The position numbers and the translations under genes were made by a program. A stretch of DNA of 64,000 nucleotides. Origin: a virus. Taxonomy: Duplodnaviria > Caudoviricetes. Where the stretch lies: positions 14,574 to 78,573 of IMG/VR virus record IMGVR_UViG_3300027924_001186, one strand, 5' to 3'. Of the stretch, positions 8,796-19,421 are shown piece after piece (the stretch's first letter is position 1; every line of letters starts with the position of its first letter). Below the pieces are notes generated by a model. The model made no database searches, was not told the origin of the DNA, and saw nothing but the letters and a program-made list of their open reading frames with translations.

Positions 8796-9949
8796 ATAAG
8801 ACCATTATGATATTAGGGGGAGATGGTTACCTCGGTTGGAGTCTTGGTCTTTTTAGATCTTTCTTTACCGATGATAAAGTCATTCTCGTCGATTCTTATC
8901 TGAAAAGAGATCTACAGAAGTCCTTGGGTATCAGGGAACTCTATGAGTTCCCTCTTCTCCAGGAGAGGATTAGATACTATTCCGGCAAGACAGGAAAACG
9001 CAACCTGTCGGGTCTTTCTGTCGATGTCTCTAACTACGACTCTATCGCATCGGTGATAGAGCGATATAAGCCCGATGTGATAGTCAATTCCGCGCATCAG
9101 CCATCGGCGCCGTATTCGATGATGAATCCGGATGCCGCCGCATTGACGATCACGAACAATGAAAAGTCGTGTCTAAATGCTCTTTGGGCGGTGCGTGATC
9201 ATTGCCCGGAGAGTACCATTATCAATATAGGTTCCGCTGGAGCTTATCAATCTATCGATACCGATTTCGTTCCCGAAACTCGAAAGATGTTCTATTTCCA
9301 TCACGTTGGAAATAAGCACACCATCTTTAATTCTTGGTTACCGATGCAGGCATCTGATATTTACCATCAATCGAAGGTTCATACCTTCGGCTTAACCGAG
9401 ATGTGCACCGGTATTTGGAATCTCAAAGTCATCACCGTTCAACAGAGTGTGATATTCGGTCAATGCGCAGAAGGAGAGTTAAATGATCCGGGTCTGTATT
9501 CTCGTTTTAACTATGATCATATTTTCGGTACTGTGCTAAATCGATTCGCTTGTCAAGCCGTTAAGGGGGTGCCACTCACGGTTTATGGTGACGGGCAAGC
9601 ACAAACCAATGTTATCTGTCTCTGCGAGGTTTTAAGAGGTATAAGTGGTTTGATGGATTTAGATGTCGTTCCAGGATCTCATAAGGTGGTAAATCACTTT
9701 ACCAAGACTATGAATATTCAGGGAATCGCAGAAAAGGTTATAGAAATCTTTGGTAAGGGAGAAATCGAACATATCGAGAATCCGAGAGAAGAGAAGAAAT
9801 GCTATCAGATCAAAACATTCGAGAATCATTCATCAAACTCGGAGTCCAACATCGACCGCAGCATTCGCAATACACTTGATTTTGCCGACCGTTTCAGTTA
9901 TAATATAGATCCCGGTCAATTTACACCGACTATCAAGTGGCGAGGTTGA
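8792..9949 (+). CDS. sqdB: UDP-sulfoquinovose synthase-like extended SDR (NAD-dependent epimerase)
   Basis: ILGGDGYLGW, HQPSAPYSM, YHQSK, FNYDHIFGTVLNRFACQAVKGVPLTVYGDG match the SqdB/SQD1 pattern. Confidence 0.8.
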   Translation: MNKTIMILGGDGYLGWSLGLFRSFFTDDKVILVDSYLKRDLQKSLGIRELYEFPLLQERIRYYSGKTGKRNLSGLSVDVSNYDSIASVIERYKPDVIVNSAHQPSAPYSMMNPDAAALTITNNEKSCLNALWAVRDHCPESTIINIGSAGAYQSIDTDFVPETRKMFYFHHVGNKHTIFNSWLPMQASDIYHQSKVHTFGLTEMCTGIWNLKVITVQQSVIFGQCAEGELNDPGLYSRFNYDHIFGTVLNRFACQAVKGVPLTVYGDGQAQTNVICLCEVLRGISGLMDLDVVPGSHKVVNHFTKTMNIQGIAEKVIEIFGKGEIEHIENPREEKKCYQIKTFENHSSNSESNIDRSIRNTLDFADRFSYNIDPGQFTPTIKWRG

Positions 9950-9952
9950 AAT

Positions 9953-10222
9953 ATGGCAGCAAAGAACGACATTACCGGCGATACCATCACTTCCAAGGCG
10001 GCTACGGACGCCTTTAGGGAGGGGTGGGATCGTATTTTTAATCATAAAGATGGCGATGATGTTTTAATCGAAAGAGATTATAACGATGGCTATCTTATTA
10101 CGGCAGCCGGCAATAGAACTATGATTAGGTTGACGAAGAAGCAGTATGATAGTCTGGTTAAAACTATCTTAACGAAGGTGACAGCCGAGCAGGTAGCCGA
10201 AGCCTTGAAGGAGGATAAATGA
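9953..10222 (+). CDS. Conserved phage hypothetical protein
   Basis: KNDITGD...GWDRIF N-terminus recognisable from other large phages. Confidence 0.7.
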   Translation: MAAKNDITGDTITSKAATDAFREGWDRIFNHKDGDDVLIERDYNDGYLITAAGNRTMIRLTKKQYDSLVKTILTKVTAEQVAEALKEDK

Positions 10223-11157
10223 GAGAACAGTCGCTATTCGTAGAAAAGTATCGTCCTCAAACTATCAACGAGTGTATTCTTCCGCCGCGCCTTAAAGACT
10301 TCTTTCAGGCACAAGTGGATAAAGGAGAGATTCAAAACATGCTCCTTATCGGTGGAGCGGGAACGGGTAAGACAACCGCCGCTAAAGCCCTATGCAGAGA
10401 ACTGGGTGTCGATGTTCTGTTTATCAATGCCTCGGAGAGCGGTGGTATCGACACTATCAGAGTAGAGATCCGTTCCTTCGCTTCCACTATCTCCTTCGTC
10501 GACGGTAAGGTTAAGTGCGTTATATTAGACGAGGCGGACTATCTGAGTGCGGCAGCTCAACCGGCTTTGCGCGCTTTCATCGAAGAGTTTTCATCTAACT
10601 GTCGTTTTATTCTGACGGCGAACTACGCCAATCGAATCATCGATCCGATCAAGAGTAGATGCGCCGTCATCGATTTTGTGATGAACAAAGAAGAAAAAGC
10701 GGCGAGCATTTTGTGTTTCAACAAGAGAGCGAAAAGTATCTTGGAGGGTGAAGAAATCGTCTTTGACAAGAAGGATCTTGCCGAAGTGGTGATGAAGTAT
10801 TTTCCGGATTATAGAAAGATCCTGAACGAATTGCAAAGACATAGCCACTCCGGCGAACTCAAGATATCCGCGTTATCGGGTGTCAGCGATGAAGCCATCA
10901 AACAAGTGATGCGATTCGTCAAGGAGAAGAAATTTGGTGAATACCGCAAGTGGGTAGCACAGAACGCGGATATCGACTTCTCGACTCTAATCAGAGCTAT
11001 CTTCGATAGGATGGGCGAGTTCGTTGAAAGTCAGGACATTCCAGAACTTGTTCTGATTCTATCGGAATACGATTACAAGAGGGCGTTCGTGGTAGATGTA
11101 GAAATCTTAACAACGGCAATGCTTACCCAAATCATGGGCTCTATCAAATTTAAGTGA
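10219..11157 (+). CDS. gp44: Sliding clamp loader, large subunit
   Basis: VEKYRPQTINECILP, GGAGTGKTT, ILDEAD, QPALRAFIEEFSSNCRFILTAN. Confidence 0.95.
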   Translation: MREQSLFVEKYRPQTINECILPPRLKDFFQAQVDKGEIQNMLLIGGAGTGKTTAAKALCRELGVDVLFINASESGGIDTIRVEIRSFASTISFVDGKVKCVILDEADYLSAAAQPALRAFIEEFSSNCRFILTANYANRIIDPIKSRCAVIDFVMNKEEKAASILCFNKRAKSILEGEEIVFDKKDLAEVVMKYFPDYRKILNELQRHSHSGELKISALSGVSDEAIKQVMRFVKEKKFGEYRKWVAQNADIDFSTLIRAIFDRMGEFVESQDIPELVLILSEYDYKRAFVVDVEILTTAMLTQIMGSIKFK

Positions 11158-11166
11158 GGTGAAACG

Positions 11167-11490
11167 ATGAAACTATATATCAATCATACAGATCCCGACA
11201 GGGTTAGAGAAATCGTCGAAAAGTTGGTTAATGCGGCAGGAAGATCGGTTTTGATGGAGAAGCCCGATATAGATAAAGGGCTTATCGATAAAGTGGTGAA
11301 AGTGGTAAAGAATGTGATGAACGACACTATGGATACTCTTTTACTTGGATCTTCGAGCACCATCATCGAGTTCGATATCGAGAATGCTGTCGGTCAAGCA
11401 TTCGAGAATATCGCAAAGATGGTTAAATGGGAAAGAGAAGAAGACATGCAAGAGGAAGCGTCGAAGACTGAGAGCGAAGATAACGATTGA
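11167..11490 (+). CDS. Hypothetical protein
   Basis: GAGGTG SD; lies between the clamp loader genes. Confidence 0.65.
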   Translation: MKLYINHTDPDRVREIVEKLVNAAGRSVLMEKPDIDKGLIDKVVKVVKNVMNDTMDTLLLGSSSTIIEFDIENAVGQAFENIAKMVKWEREEDMQEEASKTESEDND

Positions 11491-11501
11491 GGTAACTCGA
11501 T

Positions 11502-11930
11502 ATGAGCGGGTTATTCGATACCATCAATCTAATTCACACCAAAGATCATTACCCTAATGACGATGAGATGGCAGAATACTCATCGTTCATGGGTAATCGC
11601 GCTCTATCTCAATTTCAGGAGTTAATCTTTCACGCTCAAGCTATGAACGAGAACTGGGGTATACCAAAGGAAGCCAACTTCGCGTTCTATTTCCACAGTG
11701 TGTCTAAGAAGAAGCGTTTCTCGAAATGGGCTAAGAAGGATGATGCGGAAGAAGAGAAGATCAAAAAGATAAAAGAACTATATGGCTATTCGACTATCAA
11801 AGCCAAAGAGATCATCCCAATCATAGATCAGTTAGGTTTATGGGAACAGATAGATAGAGATCTAAACAGGGGAGGTTCTAAGGGAAGGGTTAAGAAAAAG
11901 AAAGGAGTGCCATATAAATCTTCTAAATAG
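11502..11930 (+). CDS. gp62: Sliding clamp loader, small subunit
   Basis: YSSFMGNRALS, AMN, KKKRFSKWAK, ELYGYSTIKA; follows gp44. Confidence 0.9.
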   Translation: MSGLFDTINLIHTKDHYPNDDEMAEYSSFMGNRALSQFQELIFHAQAMNENWGIPKEANFAFYFHSVSKKKRFSKWAKKDDAEEEKIKKIKELYGYSTIKAKEIIPIIDQLGLWEQIDRDLNRGGSKGRVKKKKGVPYKSSK

Positions 11931-11976
11931 ATAAGAACCTTGGTGTTCTAATAAAAATAATGAAGGAGATTTTACT

Positions 11977-12457
11977 ATGACACAATCAATAGATTCTGAA
12001 GAATTGCTCTCATCTTTTATTTGGATTGAACCTCTCGATAGTGATTCGTTCTTTAAGGTTAAAGAAACCTTAACACGAATGCGGTCTGGTGAGTAGAAAA
12101 GAGGGAGATAAGAAACCGACGCTCTGGCAAAGCGGACATATCCTCCATAAACGTGGACAATATGCCATTGTCCACTTCAAGCAGCTCTTTCTATTAGATG
12201 GAAGATCGAAGCAAACAGATTTCTCTCCGGAAGATGCCGAGAGAATCAAACTCATAGCTTGGCTCCTACAAGACTGGGGGCTAATTAAATTGAAGAAATC
12301 TTTTGAAATTAACGAAAAGACATCGGATGTGGTTGTTATATCGTATGCAGAGAAACCGAATTGGTCGTGCCGAGCGAAATATACCATCCGGAAAAATAAA
12401 GAAAATCAAGGAGATACACGAGTAATAAGCCAGTTTTTATATTTTATGGTTTCTTGA
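11977..12457 (+). CDS. regA: Translational repressor RegA (apparent +1 frameshift at 12082)
   Basis: FFKVKETLTRM/GLVSRK...LWQSGHILHKRGQYAIVHFKQLFLLDG once the extra C before GG is removed. Confidence 0.9.
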
Positions 12458-13186
12458 AATTTCGGACATCCGGACAGAACTGGACACTATACCAACTCTT
12501 TTCAAAAAATCTTGACGGGTAATTAGTTCTTCTTGATTAGATTGGGTGTCTTTAACGATATAGAGGATATTGCGGACATTTTGCCAATGGTAAGGGCGAC
12601 CCTTAACCCACCCTTCGGGTATCATCTCATTTGAAAATATTCGTTTGGTTATGATTCCATCGGTAATCCAAATCTTATTTTTCATTTTTTCAACGAAGGA
12701 TGCCGGCTGTGGTACGCCCTTTCCGGATTCCGATATTTTATCTCGAGTTGAGTCGGATACGGCATAGCCTTTTACTTTTAAGGTATCAAGTCGTTTTTCT
12801 ATCGAATCTCTAGACATCTTTTTACCGATATGAGAAACAGATATCTTATTTTTAACTTCGTCGGTCATCTCATAGATAGCCCACTTCCATGATCCGCCTC
12901 TTTTATTGAGGAAGTATGTTTTTTTGGTAACTTTGAGTCTGTCTAGAACTTTAGATTCCCAAAGACGAGTAGATTTAGCATCGATGAATGTCTTTCGAAT
13001 TTGAATGATATCGGGCTCACCGTGTTCTTCGCGGAACTTTCGAACATGCTTCGATGAAGTGAAGTAAGAAGACCAAAGATTGCTAGGGTGCGCTACTCGA
13101 CCAGCGTTTTTACTATATTCACAGCCATAATAAAAGGTGTGTAATCTACCCCATCCGATAAGATAGGTGTATGGTAAGTATTCCAT
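12437..13186 (-). CDS. Free-standing homing endonuclease (GIY-YIG-like plus NUMOD3), intact
   Basis: YLPYTYLIGW...YYGCEY...LWSSYFTSS; same family as HEG A. Confidence 0.85.
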   Translation of the reverse strand: MEYLPYTYLIGWGRLHTFYYGCEYSKNAGRVAHPSNLWSSYFTSSKHVRKFREEHGEPDIIQIRKTFIDAKSTRLWESKVLDRLKVTKKTYFLNKRGGSWKWAIYEMTDEVKNKISVSHIGKKMSRDSIEKRLDTLKVKGYAVSDSTRDKISESGKGVPQPASFVEKMKNKIWITDGIITKRIFSNEMIPEGWVKGRPYHWQNVRNILYIVKDTQSNQEELITRQDFLKRVGIVSSSVRMSEISRNHKI

Positions 13187-13196
13187 TGGATTTCCT

Positions 13197-13225
13197 TTTT
13201 ATAAATATACGGTATATTTATAAAA
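13197..13225. promoter_or_regulatory. Palindrome carrying two T4-type late-promoter boxes, one per strand
   Basis: TTTTATAAATATAC-G-GTATATTTATAAAA; TATAAATA on both strands, between the divergent HEG and dUTPase genes. Confidence 0.75.
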
Positions 13226-13249
13226 TACACTATTAGGAGAATTAAATGT

Positions 13250-13966
13250 ATGAGAAAACAAAAGCCTAGAAACGCTTTCGTGACGCAGGATACCAATTTT
13301 ACCGATTTGGGTGTTATTAACATGAGTCCAACCAAACTGGCTGAAGAACCAAAAGAAGAGAAAATCGAGAGTCGTTATCTTCTCAATGATTCTGAAATCC
13401 TAAATCCAGAACAATGGACGACAAGGAACAAGGTGATTGTCGGAATCCATAAGATCTATGAAGATGTAGAAACGCCTAGATACTACACTCAAAAGAGTGC
13501 TTGCTTCGATCTGCCAGCCTATCTTGGGAAGGAAATAGTCTGCGTCGATATCTACAATAGAATGTTGATGCATCTTATCAAGACCGTAGCGCCGATGAAG
13601 GAAAGAGATGGAGAAAGAGGGTTCAGTATCGAGCCAGGAGAAAGCGCGTTCGTCCCCACCGGGTTGATATTTGATATTCCCGAGAACTTTAAGCTTACTC
13701 TCTATCCTAGAAGTGGATCCGCCGGAAAGAAACACCTGAAATTGTCTAACTGCGTCGGTATCGTCGATGAAGATTTTACGAAGCCGACTATGCTTCTTAT
13801 CTTCAACGATAGCGAACAGCGTCAAATCATCTGCCATGGAGATAGATTAGCTCAGGCAGAAATCGTCCCCGTCTATAAAGCCCTCTTCGAGATCAGCGAT
13901 GAACCCATTGCACAGAAGACCGATAGAGAAGGCGGATTCGGGCATACTGGTACTAAAGTGGTTTAA
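13250..13966 (+). CDS. dut: dUTPase (trimeric type) with N-terminal extension
   Basis: SACFDL, PTGL, YPRSG, VGIVDEDF, GDRLAQAE, REGGFGHTG. Confidence 0.95.
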   Translation: MRKQKPRNAFVTQDTNFTDLGVINMSPTKLAEEPKEEKIESRYLLNDSEILNPEQWTTRNKVIVGIHKIYEDVETPRYYTQKSACFDLPAYLGKEIVCVDIYNRMLMHLIKTVAPMKERDGERGFSIEPGESAFVPTGLIFDIPENFKLTLYPRSGSAGKKHLKLSNCVGIVDEDFTKPTMLLIFNDSEQRQIICHGDRLAQAEIVPVYKALFEISDEPIAQKTDREGGFGHTGTKVV

Positions 13967-13975
13967 GGAGTCGTT

Positions 13976-14260
13976 ATGATTAAAGCGTTCTATCTGCCCC
14001 AGGGGCTTATTATCGGCGATGTGTCTTATTCATTGACGGGTGAAAAAATAATGGTGAAGAATCCCGCAATGGTGATTGTTCGCCAATCCGAGGTTATCTT
14101 AGCTCCACTTCTTCATCTAGTCGAAGAGAATCAAATCGAACTCGATATGAAAGATGTTGCCTTTAATTCCTTGTTTACACCGAAGCGCGAACTGGAAAAT
14201 CATTACAATCAAATCTATGGGAGCGGGTTAGTTTTAACCACATCGATGCCTAGCACTTGA
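13976..14260 (+). CDS. Conserved T4-like hypothetical protein upstream of the polymerase
   Basis: AAGGAG SD; IIGDV...VKNP...LENHYNQIYGSGLV. Confidence 0.7.
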   Translation: MIKAFYLPQGLIIGDVSYSLTGEKIMVKNPAMVIVRQSEVILAPLLHLVEENQIELDMKDVAFNSLFTPKRELENHYNQIYGSGLVLTTSMPST

Positions 14261-14285
14261 CATCATCCGATCGATGTTGTATAAT
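14257..14285 (+). promoter_or_regulatory. Sigma70 consensus promoter for the DNA polymerase gene
   Basis: TTGACA 14257-14262, 17-nt spacer, TATAAT 14280-14285. Confidence 0.85.
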
Positions 14286-14312
14286 GCGTCAAATTGGTGA
14301 GAGGAGGTGGCG

Positions 14313-16856
14313 ATGGCATTTTATACGAATGTGGAACAAGTTGGTAACCGTATCTTTCACAGATATGTCGACGATAATGGAAAATCTAAAATTGAGATTA
14401 TCAAGGAGTTTCCGCTACAGCTTTATGTGAAGAAGAGACCGCAGAACTCCAGTCCTGCAAAGACGGTATCTTTGATGGGGGATCCTTTAATACCTGTCGA
14501 CTTCGACAATATAGCGGATGCAAGAGAATTCGTAAAAGAGTACCAGGAAACGCAAGATATTTTCGGTCAAACGCAATTCTTATATCAGTTCATCGCCAAT
14601 AGATATAAGGAAACCATTTCCTTCGATTTCTCAAAAATCAAGATTTTGGTTATCGATATGGAGACGGCTTATGATTCCTCCGGGTTCCCAACTCCTGATA
14701 GAGCGCAGCAGCCTATCCTGGCGATAGGTTGCAAAGTTCTGGGGGAGAAGAACCCCTTCGTAGTCTTTGGAACGAAGGATAATACGGTAGATAACTACTA
14801 TTCCTATATTCGATGCAATGATGAAGAACATCTTCTGAGGTCATTTCAAGCATACTGGAGAGAAGTTAGCCCCGATATCGTGACGGGATGGAATGTCGAG
14901 GGGTTCGATATCCCTTACCTAATCAACCGTTGCAACAGGGTGATGGGAGACGACTTCACGAAGAAGTTTAGTCCCTTTCACGGATCTATCGATAAGTGCA
15001 TCACTCCCTATGAGATCAAAGCACAGAAGATCAACTCCTTCGATATAGTGGGCATCAGTATCGTCGATTACCTCCCGCTCTATAAGAAGTATTCGACAGC
15101 GACTTTGGAGAGTTACAGGCTAGATGTGGTGGCTCGCTATGAACTGGGTATCGGTAAAGTCGATTACTCGGAATACGATGGGTTGATGGGTCTGTACGAG
15201 AAGAACTTCGAACTCTTCTGCTACTATAACTATATGGATGTCAAGATCATCGAAGACTTGGAGAGTAAGCTCAACTTCTTGTTTCTTCTGGCTACGGTAT
15301 CTTACCTCGGCAAATCCAATTACCTCGATTCTATGGGTGTGGTTCGCTGGTGGGATGTTTACATCTATAACGAACTCTTGAAGAAGAACATTCAGATTCC
15401 GCCCAGTAAAAAGGTCAGCTCCGATACGACTATCGTCGGTGCCTTCGTTAAGGACCCGATACCCAAACTCTACTCGTGGATAGTCACATTAGATTTGACA
15501 TCGCTATATCCCAGCATCATTATGTCTTTCAATTTGAGCCCGGAGAAAGCGTATAAGACCGCTATCTACGAACTCGATAAGATCATCGATCTTATCGATA
15601 TGAAAGAGGACTTGAGTTGGATTAAAGAAGTAGATGTGGCTATGCTGGCTAATGGAGCCACATTCAAACGAGATGGACAAGGCATTCTTCCCGAGTTAGT
15701 TGCAGGGATGTTCTCCTCCAGAAAGGCGTTTAAGAAGCACATGCTGAAAGCCACGGGAGAATTGGAAGAGATGAAGAAGTCCGGAGCCGATCCATCTACC
15801 TTAAAAGAGAAAGAGGCGGAAGTGGCGACCTATAATTGCCGACAGCAGGCGTATAAGATCTCATTGAACTCTCTTTATGGCGCCACAGCTAACGCCTACT
15901 TTCGCTATAACTCGAGAGATATCTCGGAAGGCATCACGATGACCGGGCAATTGGTCATCAGGTATATCAGTAAGAGATTGAATGTCTATTTGAACGATCT
16001 TTTCAAAACGCAAGATGTCGATTATGTCATCTTCAACGACACCGACTCTGCGGGGCTCAATCTCGAGTACTTCGTTAATAAGATGTTCGAAGACCAATCC
16101 GACAAGCAAAAGATTGTCAATTTCCTAGATAAGTTTGTTCAGAAGTACATCGATCCCTATCTTACGAAGGAGTTCCAAAGACTAGCAGATTATCTCAATG
16201 CCTTTGAAAATCGATTGAGTATGAATCGAGAAGTGATCGCCGATAAAGGACTTTGGAGAGGAAAGAAGAATTACATCTTGCAAATGTATGATAAGGAAGG
16301 TATTCGTTATACGACACCCAAGATGAAGATAATGGGGCTCGAGACTGCCAAGTCATCGACTCCCAATATCGTCAGGGAGAATTTAGAGAAGGCAATCAAG
16401 ATCATTTTAAATGGGTCCGAAGAGGGATTACAGGACTTCGTTAAGAAATTCAAAGAAGAGTTCTTCTCGGCATCGATACAGGACATCGCTTTCCCGAGAG
16501 GGGTTAGCGACATCGATAAATGGGTGGCAGCCAACGGGACAATGATGAAGGGGATACCTATTCATGTCAGGGGTTCGGTGGTTTATAATCGACTTCTAAA
16601 GATGATACACTCGGGAGAATACGCGCCCATCAAGAACGGCGATAAGATCAAATTCGTCTATCTAAAGACACCCAACCTAGCGCAATCACATGTTATTGCA
16701 TTTCTAGATACATTACCAACGGCTTTCGATTTAGACAAGTCGGTTGATAGGGAAATGCAGTTCAATAAGACGTTTCTCGAACCGCTGAAGTCACTGGCTA
16801 TAATTGCTAATATGAGTGTTGAAAAAATGTCTACTCTAGATTCATTCTTCGAATAA
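14313..16856 (+). CDS. gp43: Family B DNA polymerase
   Basis: Exonuclease motifs DMET and GWNVEGFDIPYL; polymerase motifs DLTSLYPSII, KISLNSLYG, NDTDS, KKNY. Confidence 0.97.
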   Translation: MAFYTNVEQVGNRIFHRYVDDNGKSKIEIIKEFPLQLYVKKRPQNSSPAKTVSLMGDPLIPVDFDNIADAREFVKEYQETQDIFGQTQFLYQFIANRYKETISFDFSKIKILVIDMETAYDSSGFPTPDRAQQPILAIGCKVLGEKNPFVVFGTKDNTVDNYYSYIRCNDEEHLLRSFQAYWREVSPDIVTGWNVEGFDIPYLINRCNRVMGDDFTKKFSPFHGSIDKCITPYEIKAQKINSFDIVGISIVDYLPLYKKYSTATLESYRLDVVARYELGIGKVDYSEYDGLMGLYEKNFELFCYYNYMDVKIIEDLESKLNFLFLLATVSYLGKSNYLDSMGVVRWWDVYIYNELLKKNIQIPPSKKVSSDTTIVGAFVKDPIPKLYSWIVTLDLTSLYPSIIMSFNLSPEKAYKTAIYELDKIIDLIDMKEDLSWIKEVDVAMLANGATFKRDGQGILPELVAGMFSSRKAFKKHMLKATGELEEMKKSGADPSTLKEKEAEVATYNCRQQAYKISLNSLYGATANAYFRYNSRDISEGITMTGQLVIRYISKRLNVYLNDLFKTQDVDYVIFNDTDSAGLNLEYFVNKMFEDQSDKQKIVNFLDKFVQKYIDPYLTKEFQRLADYLNAFENRLSMNREVIADKGLWRGKKNYILQMYDKEGIRYTTPKMKIMGLETAKSSTPNIVRENLEKAIKIILNGSEEGLQDFVKKFKEEFFSASIQDIAFPRGVSDIDKWVAANGTMMKGIPIHVRGSVVYNRLLKMIHSGEYAPIKNGDKIKFVYLKTPNLAQSHVIAFLDTLPTAFDLDKSVDREMQFNKTFLEPLKSLAIIANMSVEKMSTLDSFFE

Positions 16857-17574
16857 GGATTTACATCTGTCGCCATGCCATCTTTTAAACGGACCAGACG
16901 AAATAGATTTTCCGCAATGAGGACAGGTCTTTTTGATTTGACTCGGATGGTTACCATTTACGAGCATTTTCATATTTGATTCTGACCCTAAAAAATTATG
17001 AGATTTATCGATGATTCTTTTCAGATTTGATTTTGGACCTAACCAATGATGAGTACCGTTTCTGATTCGTTTAGCATTAGTTTTTCTTTGAATCTCTCCA
17101 CCTAAGAAAGGGTGAGTTCCGTCAACCACTCGTTTCAGGGCACTCTTCTTAGCGATTTCACCACCTAAGAAAGGGTGAGTTCCGTCAGTGATGCGTTTAA
17201 GGTTATTTTGTTTTTGGGATTCACAAAATCCATCTTTTAAAATTCTATACTTCTTAGATGTAATCTTTTCGTGTAATCTATTATTCATAACATAAAACGC
17301 TATTGTCATCGAATAATCTTCGGGAAACGATTTCCACATTAGATGGTGAATGACATAGTGGGCTTTAGCGGGAACTTTAAGAAGGTTGTGCGCATCTTTA
17401 GACCATTCGGATTTCCAAGACTTTGGTACGATATGATGACACTCAAATCCGTTTAGGTTTATCTTCGGGCTCGATCGAGATGAAGTGGTTTAAGACTTTG
17501 ATGAGACGATTAAGATAATGAGGATTTGAATTGGGCTGTTCAAGAAGGAACTGAACATAAATACTTTTAGGCAT
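16842..17574 (-). CDS. Free-standing homing endonuclease B (HNH-like with GTHPFLGG repeats and zinc-finger tail), one apparent frameshift
   Basis: MPKSIYVQFLLEQ...KPK/GFECHHIVPKSW...KAHYVIHHLMWK; extra G at 17451; CPHCGK tail. Confidence 0.8.
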
Positions 17575-17648
17575 GATAGCCTCCGCAACAGGTTATTGTG
17601 ATTAGGGTATAGAGGTGCTTGGAACCATCTCTATATCCGCTATTTATA
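17557..17648 (+). repeat. HEG leader element, copy B
   Basis: Conserved core; hairpin GGGTATAGAGGTG/CATCTCTATATCC with two G-T pairs; TATTTATA 17641-17648. Confidence 0.9.
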
Positions 17649-17657
17649 GAGGTATAT

Positions 17658-18725
17658 ATGAAAATTAAAGATATTATTGCTTTAACACAAAATCCTTACG
17701 CCAATGTCGCAGAAGATGCCATTTGCGGAGAGATTACGGGCTGGGTCGATTCCGGTTCCTATGCTCTGAATGCACTTCTATCCGGTTCTATCTTCAAGGG
17801 ATTCCCATCGAACAAAATCGTGGGATTCATCGGAGTAGAGTCGACAGGTAAGACTTTCTATACGCTTGCCGCTTGCAAGAACTTCCTGGAAATGAATCCC
17901 AACAGCGTGGTGGTTTACTTCGAAACCGAGAACGCCTTGACTAAAGAGATTCTGTCGGGTAGAGGTATAGCCTTGGATCGTTTCGTTCATCTACCAGTGG
18001 CAACGGTTCAGGAGTTCAAGAATCAAGCTCTACGAATCGTGGATGAGAAACTCAAGGATAAGGAAGAACTGCCGATATTGTTCGTCTTGGACAGTCTCGG
18101 TAATCTATCAACCAACAAAGAGATGGAAGATTCGGCGGCGGGTTCCGACACCAAAGATATGACTCGAGCCCAAATCATCAAAGCCGCCTTTAGAGTCCTT
18201 GCATTGAAACTCGGTATGGCCAATATCCCGATGATCTTTACCAATCATGTCTACGATAAAATCGGAGCCGGTCCTTATGCCGGCAAAGAACAAGGGGGTG
18301 GATCGGGCTCGAAGTACGCCAGCAGCATTACCATATCTCTCACTAAAGCTAAAGAGAAAGACGGAGACGAAGTTATCGGTTCCGTCATCTCCTGTACCGC
18401 GGTTAAATCGAGATTGGTGAGAGAGCAGACCAAGGTAAAAACATTGATTCGCTTTAGTGGCGGACTGGATAGATACTACGGACTAATCGATTTGGCGGAG
18501 AAGAGTGGCGCCTTTAAGAAAGTATCCACCAAATATGAAATAAAGGGAAAAAAGTATTTTGAAAAAGCTATTGAAAGAAATCCAGAAAAGTTCTTCACTC
18601 CCGATATATTAGATATTATCGAGAATTATGTCAACAAAACTTTTAAATACGGAGTCGCCTCCGTAGAAGATGAAATTACCACTATCGAGGAAACGAATGA
18701 TGACGAAACGGAATCTTTAGATTGA
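17658..18725 (+). CDS. uvsX: RecA-like recombinase
   Basis: WVDSGSYALNALLSGS, GVESTGKT, LDSLGNL, DMTRAQ, GGGSGSKY. Confidence 0.95.
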   Translation: MKIKDIIALTQNPYANVAEDAICGEITGWVDSGSYALNALLSGSIFKGFPSNKIVGFIGVESTGKTFYTLAACKNFLEMNPNSVVVYFETENALTKEILSGRGIALDRFVHLPVATVQEFKNQALRIVDEKLKDKEELPILFVLDSLGNLSTNKEMEDSAAGSDTKDMTRAQIIKAAFRVLALKLGMANIPMIFTNHVYDKIGAGPYAGKEQGGGSGSKYASSITISLTKAKEKDGDEVIGSVISCTAVKSRLVREQTKVKTLIRFSGGLDRYYGLIDLAEKSGAFKKVSTKYEIKGKKYFEKAIERNPEKFFTPDILDIIENYVNKTFKYGVASVEDEITTIEETNDDETESLD

Positions 18726-19421
18726 TTCCATTTTCGCATAGTTTCTTGAACTCTTCGGTTTTCCGTTTTAATGCTTCACTGATTTTTTGTTTGTGTTCTT
18801 TAGTTAATAGAACTCCGTTTTCTATTACTTGTTTTGCCGTTTCTTTGCTTTGCTTATATTCTGTTTGGCTTTTTCAGAACGCGGAACTCCAAGAAGGGCT
18901 TCACTGATTTTTTGTTTAGTTTCTTTAGATAAAGGTGTTCCGCTTATGTGATTCGCTCATATTTTTTCGGTGTTCTTCAGACAAAGGAATGCCGCATTCT
19001 TGCTTTACTCATATTTTGTTTATGCGTTTCAGATTTTGGTTTTTTCATATTAACAGTCGATGATTTAGGTTTTCTCATTTTCTGTTTATGTTCTTCAGAA
19101 TGAGGTATTCCAAAATTTGATGGACCTTTTCTGTCTGTTTTATTGAGCCATTGCTGACTTTTACGAACTTTCATTCTTTTGAGAACTTTATGTTCCCAGT
19201 TTCTCGTTTCTTTTTGGGTTTGAAAGATTCTTCGTACTTCTATAACATCCGGCTCGCCATAAAGCCATCTTTGAATAGCGACATAAACCGAAGAAGTGAA
19301 ATAGGAAGTCCAGAGATCATTGGGATGGCAACCTTGTTTCCATCTTGCACCATAGTACCAAGTGTCAATCCAAGACCAGCCGAATAAGATAGGTAAAAGG
19401 AGTATAAGTAGTTTCAGGCAT
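18717..19421 (-). CDS. Free-standing homing endonuclease C (GIY-YIG-like plus NUMOD3), about six apparent +1 frameshifts
   Basis: MPETTYTPFTYLI/GWSWIDTWYYGAR; extra G at 19382 plus five more C-before-GG insertions in the NUMOD3 repeats. Confidence 0.75.
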
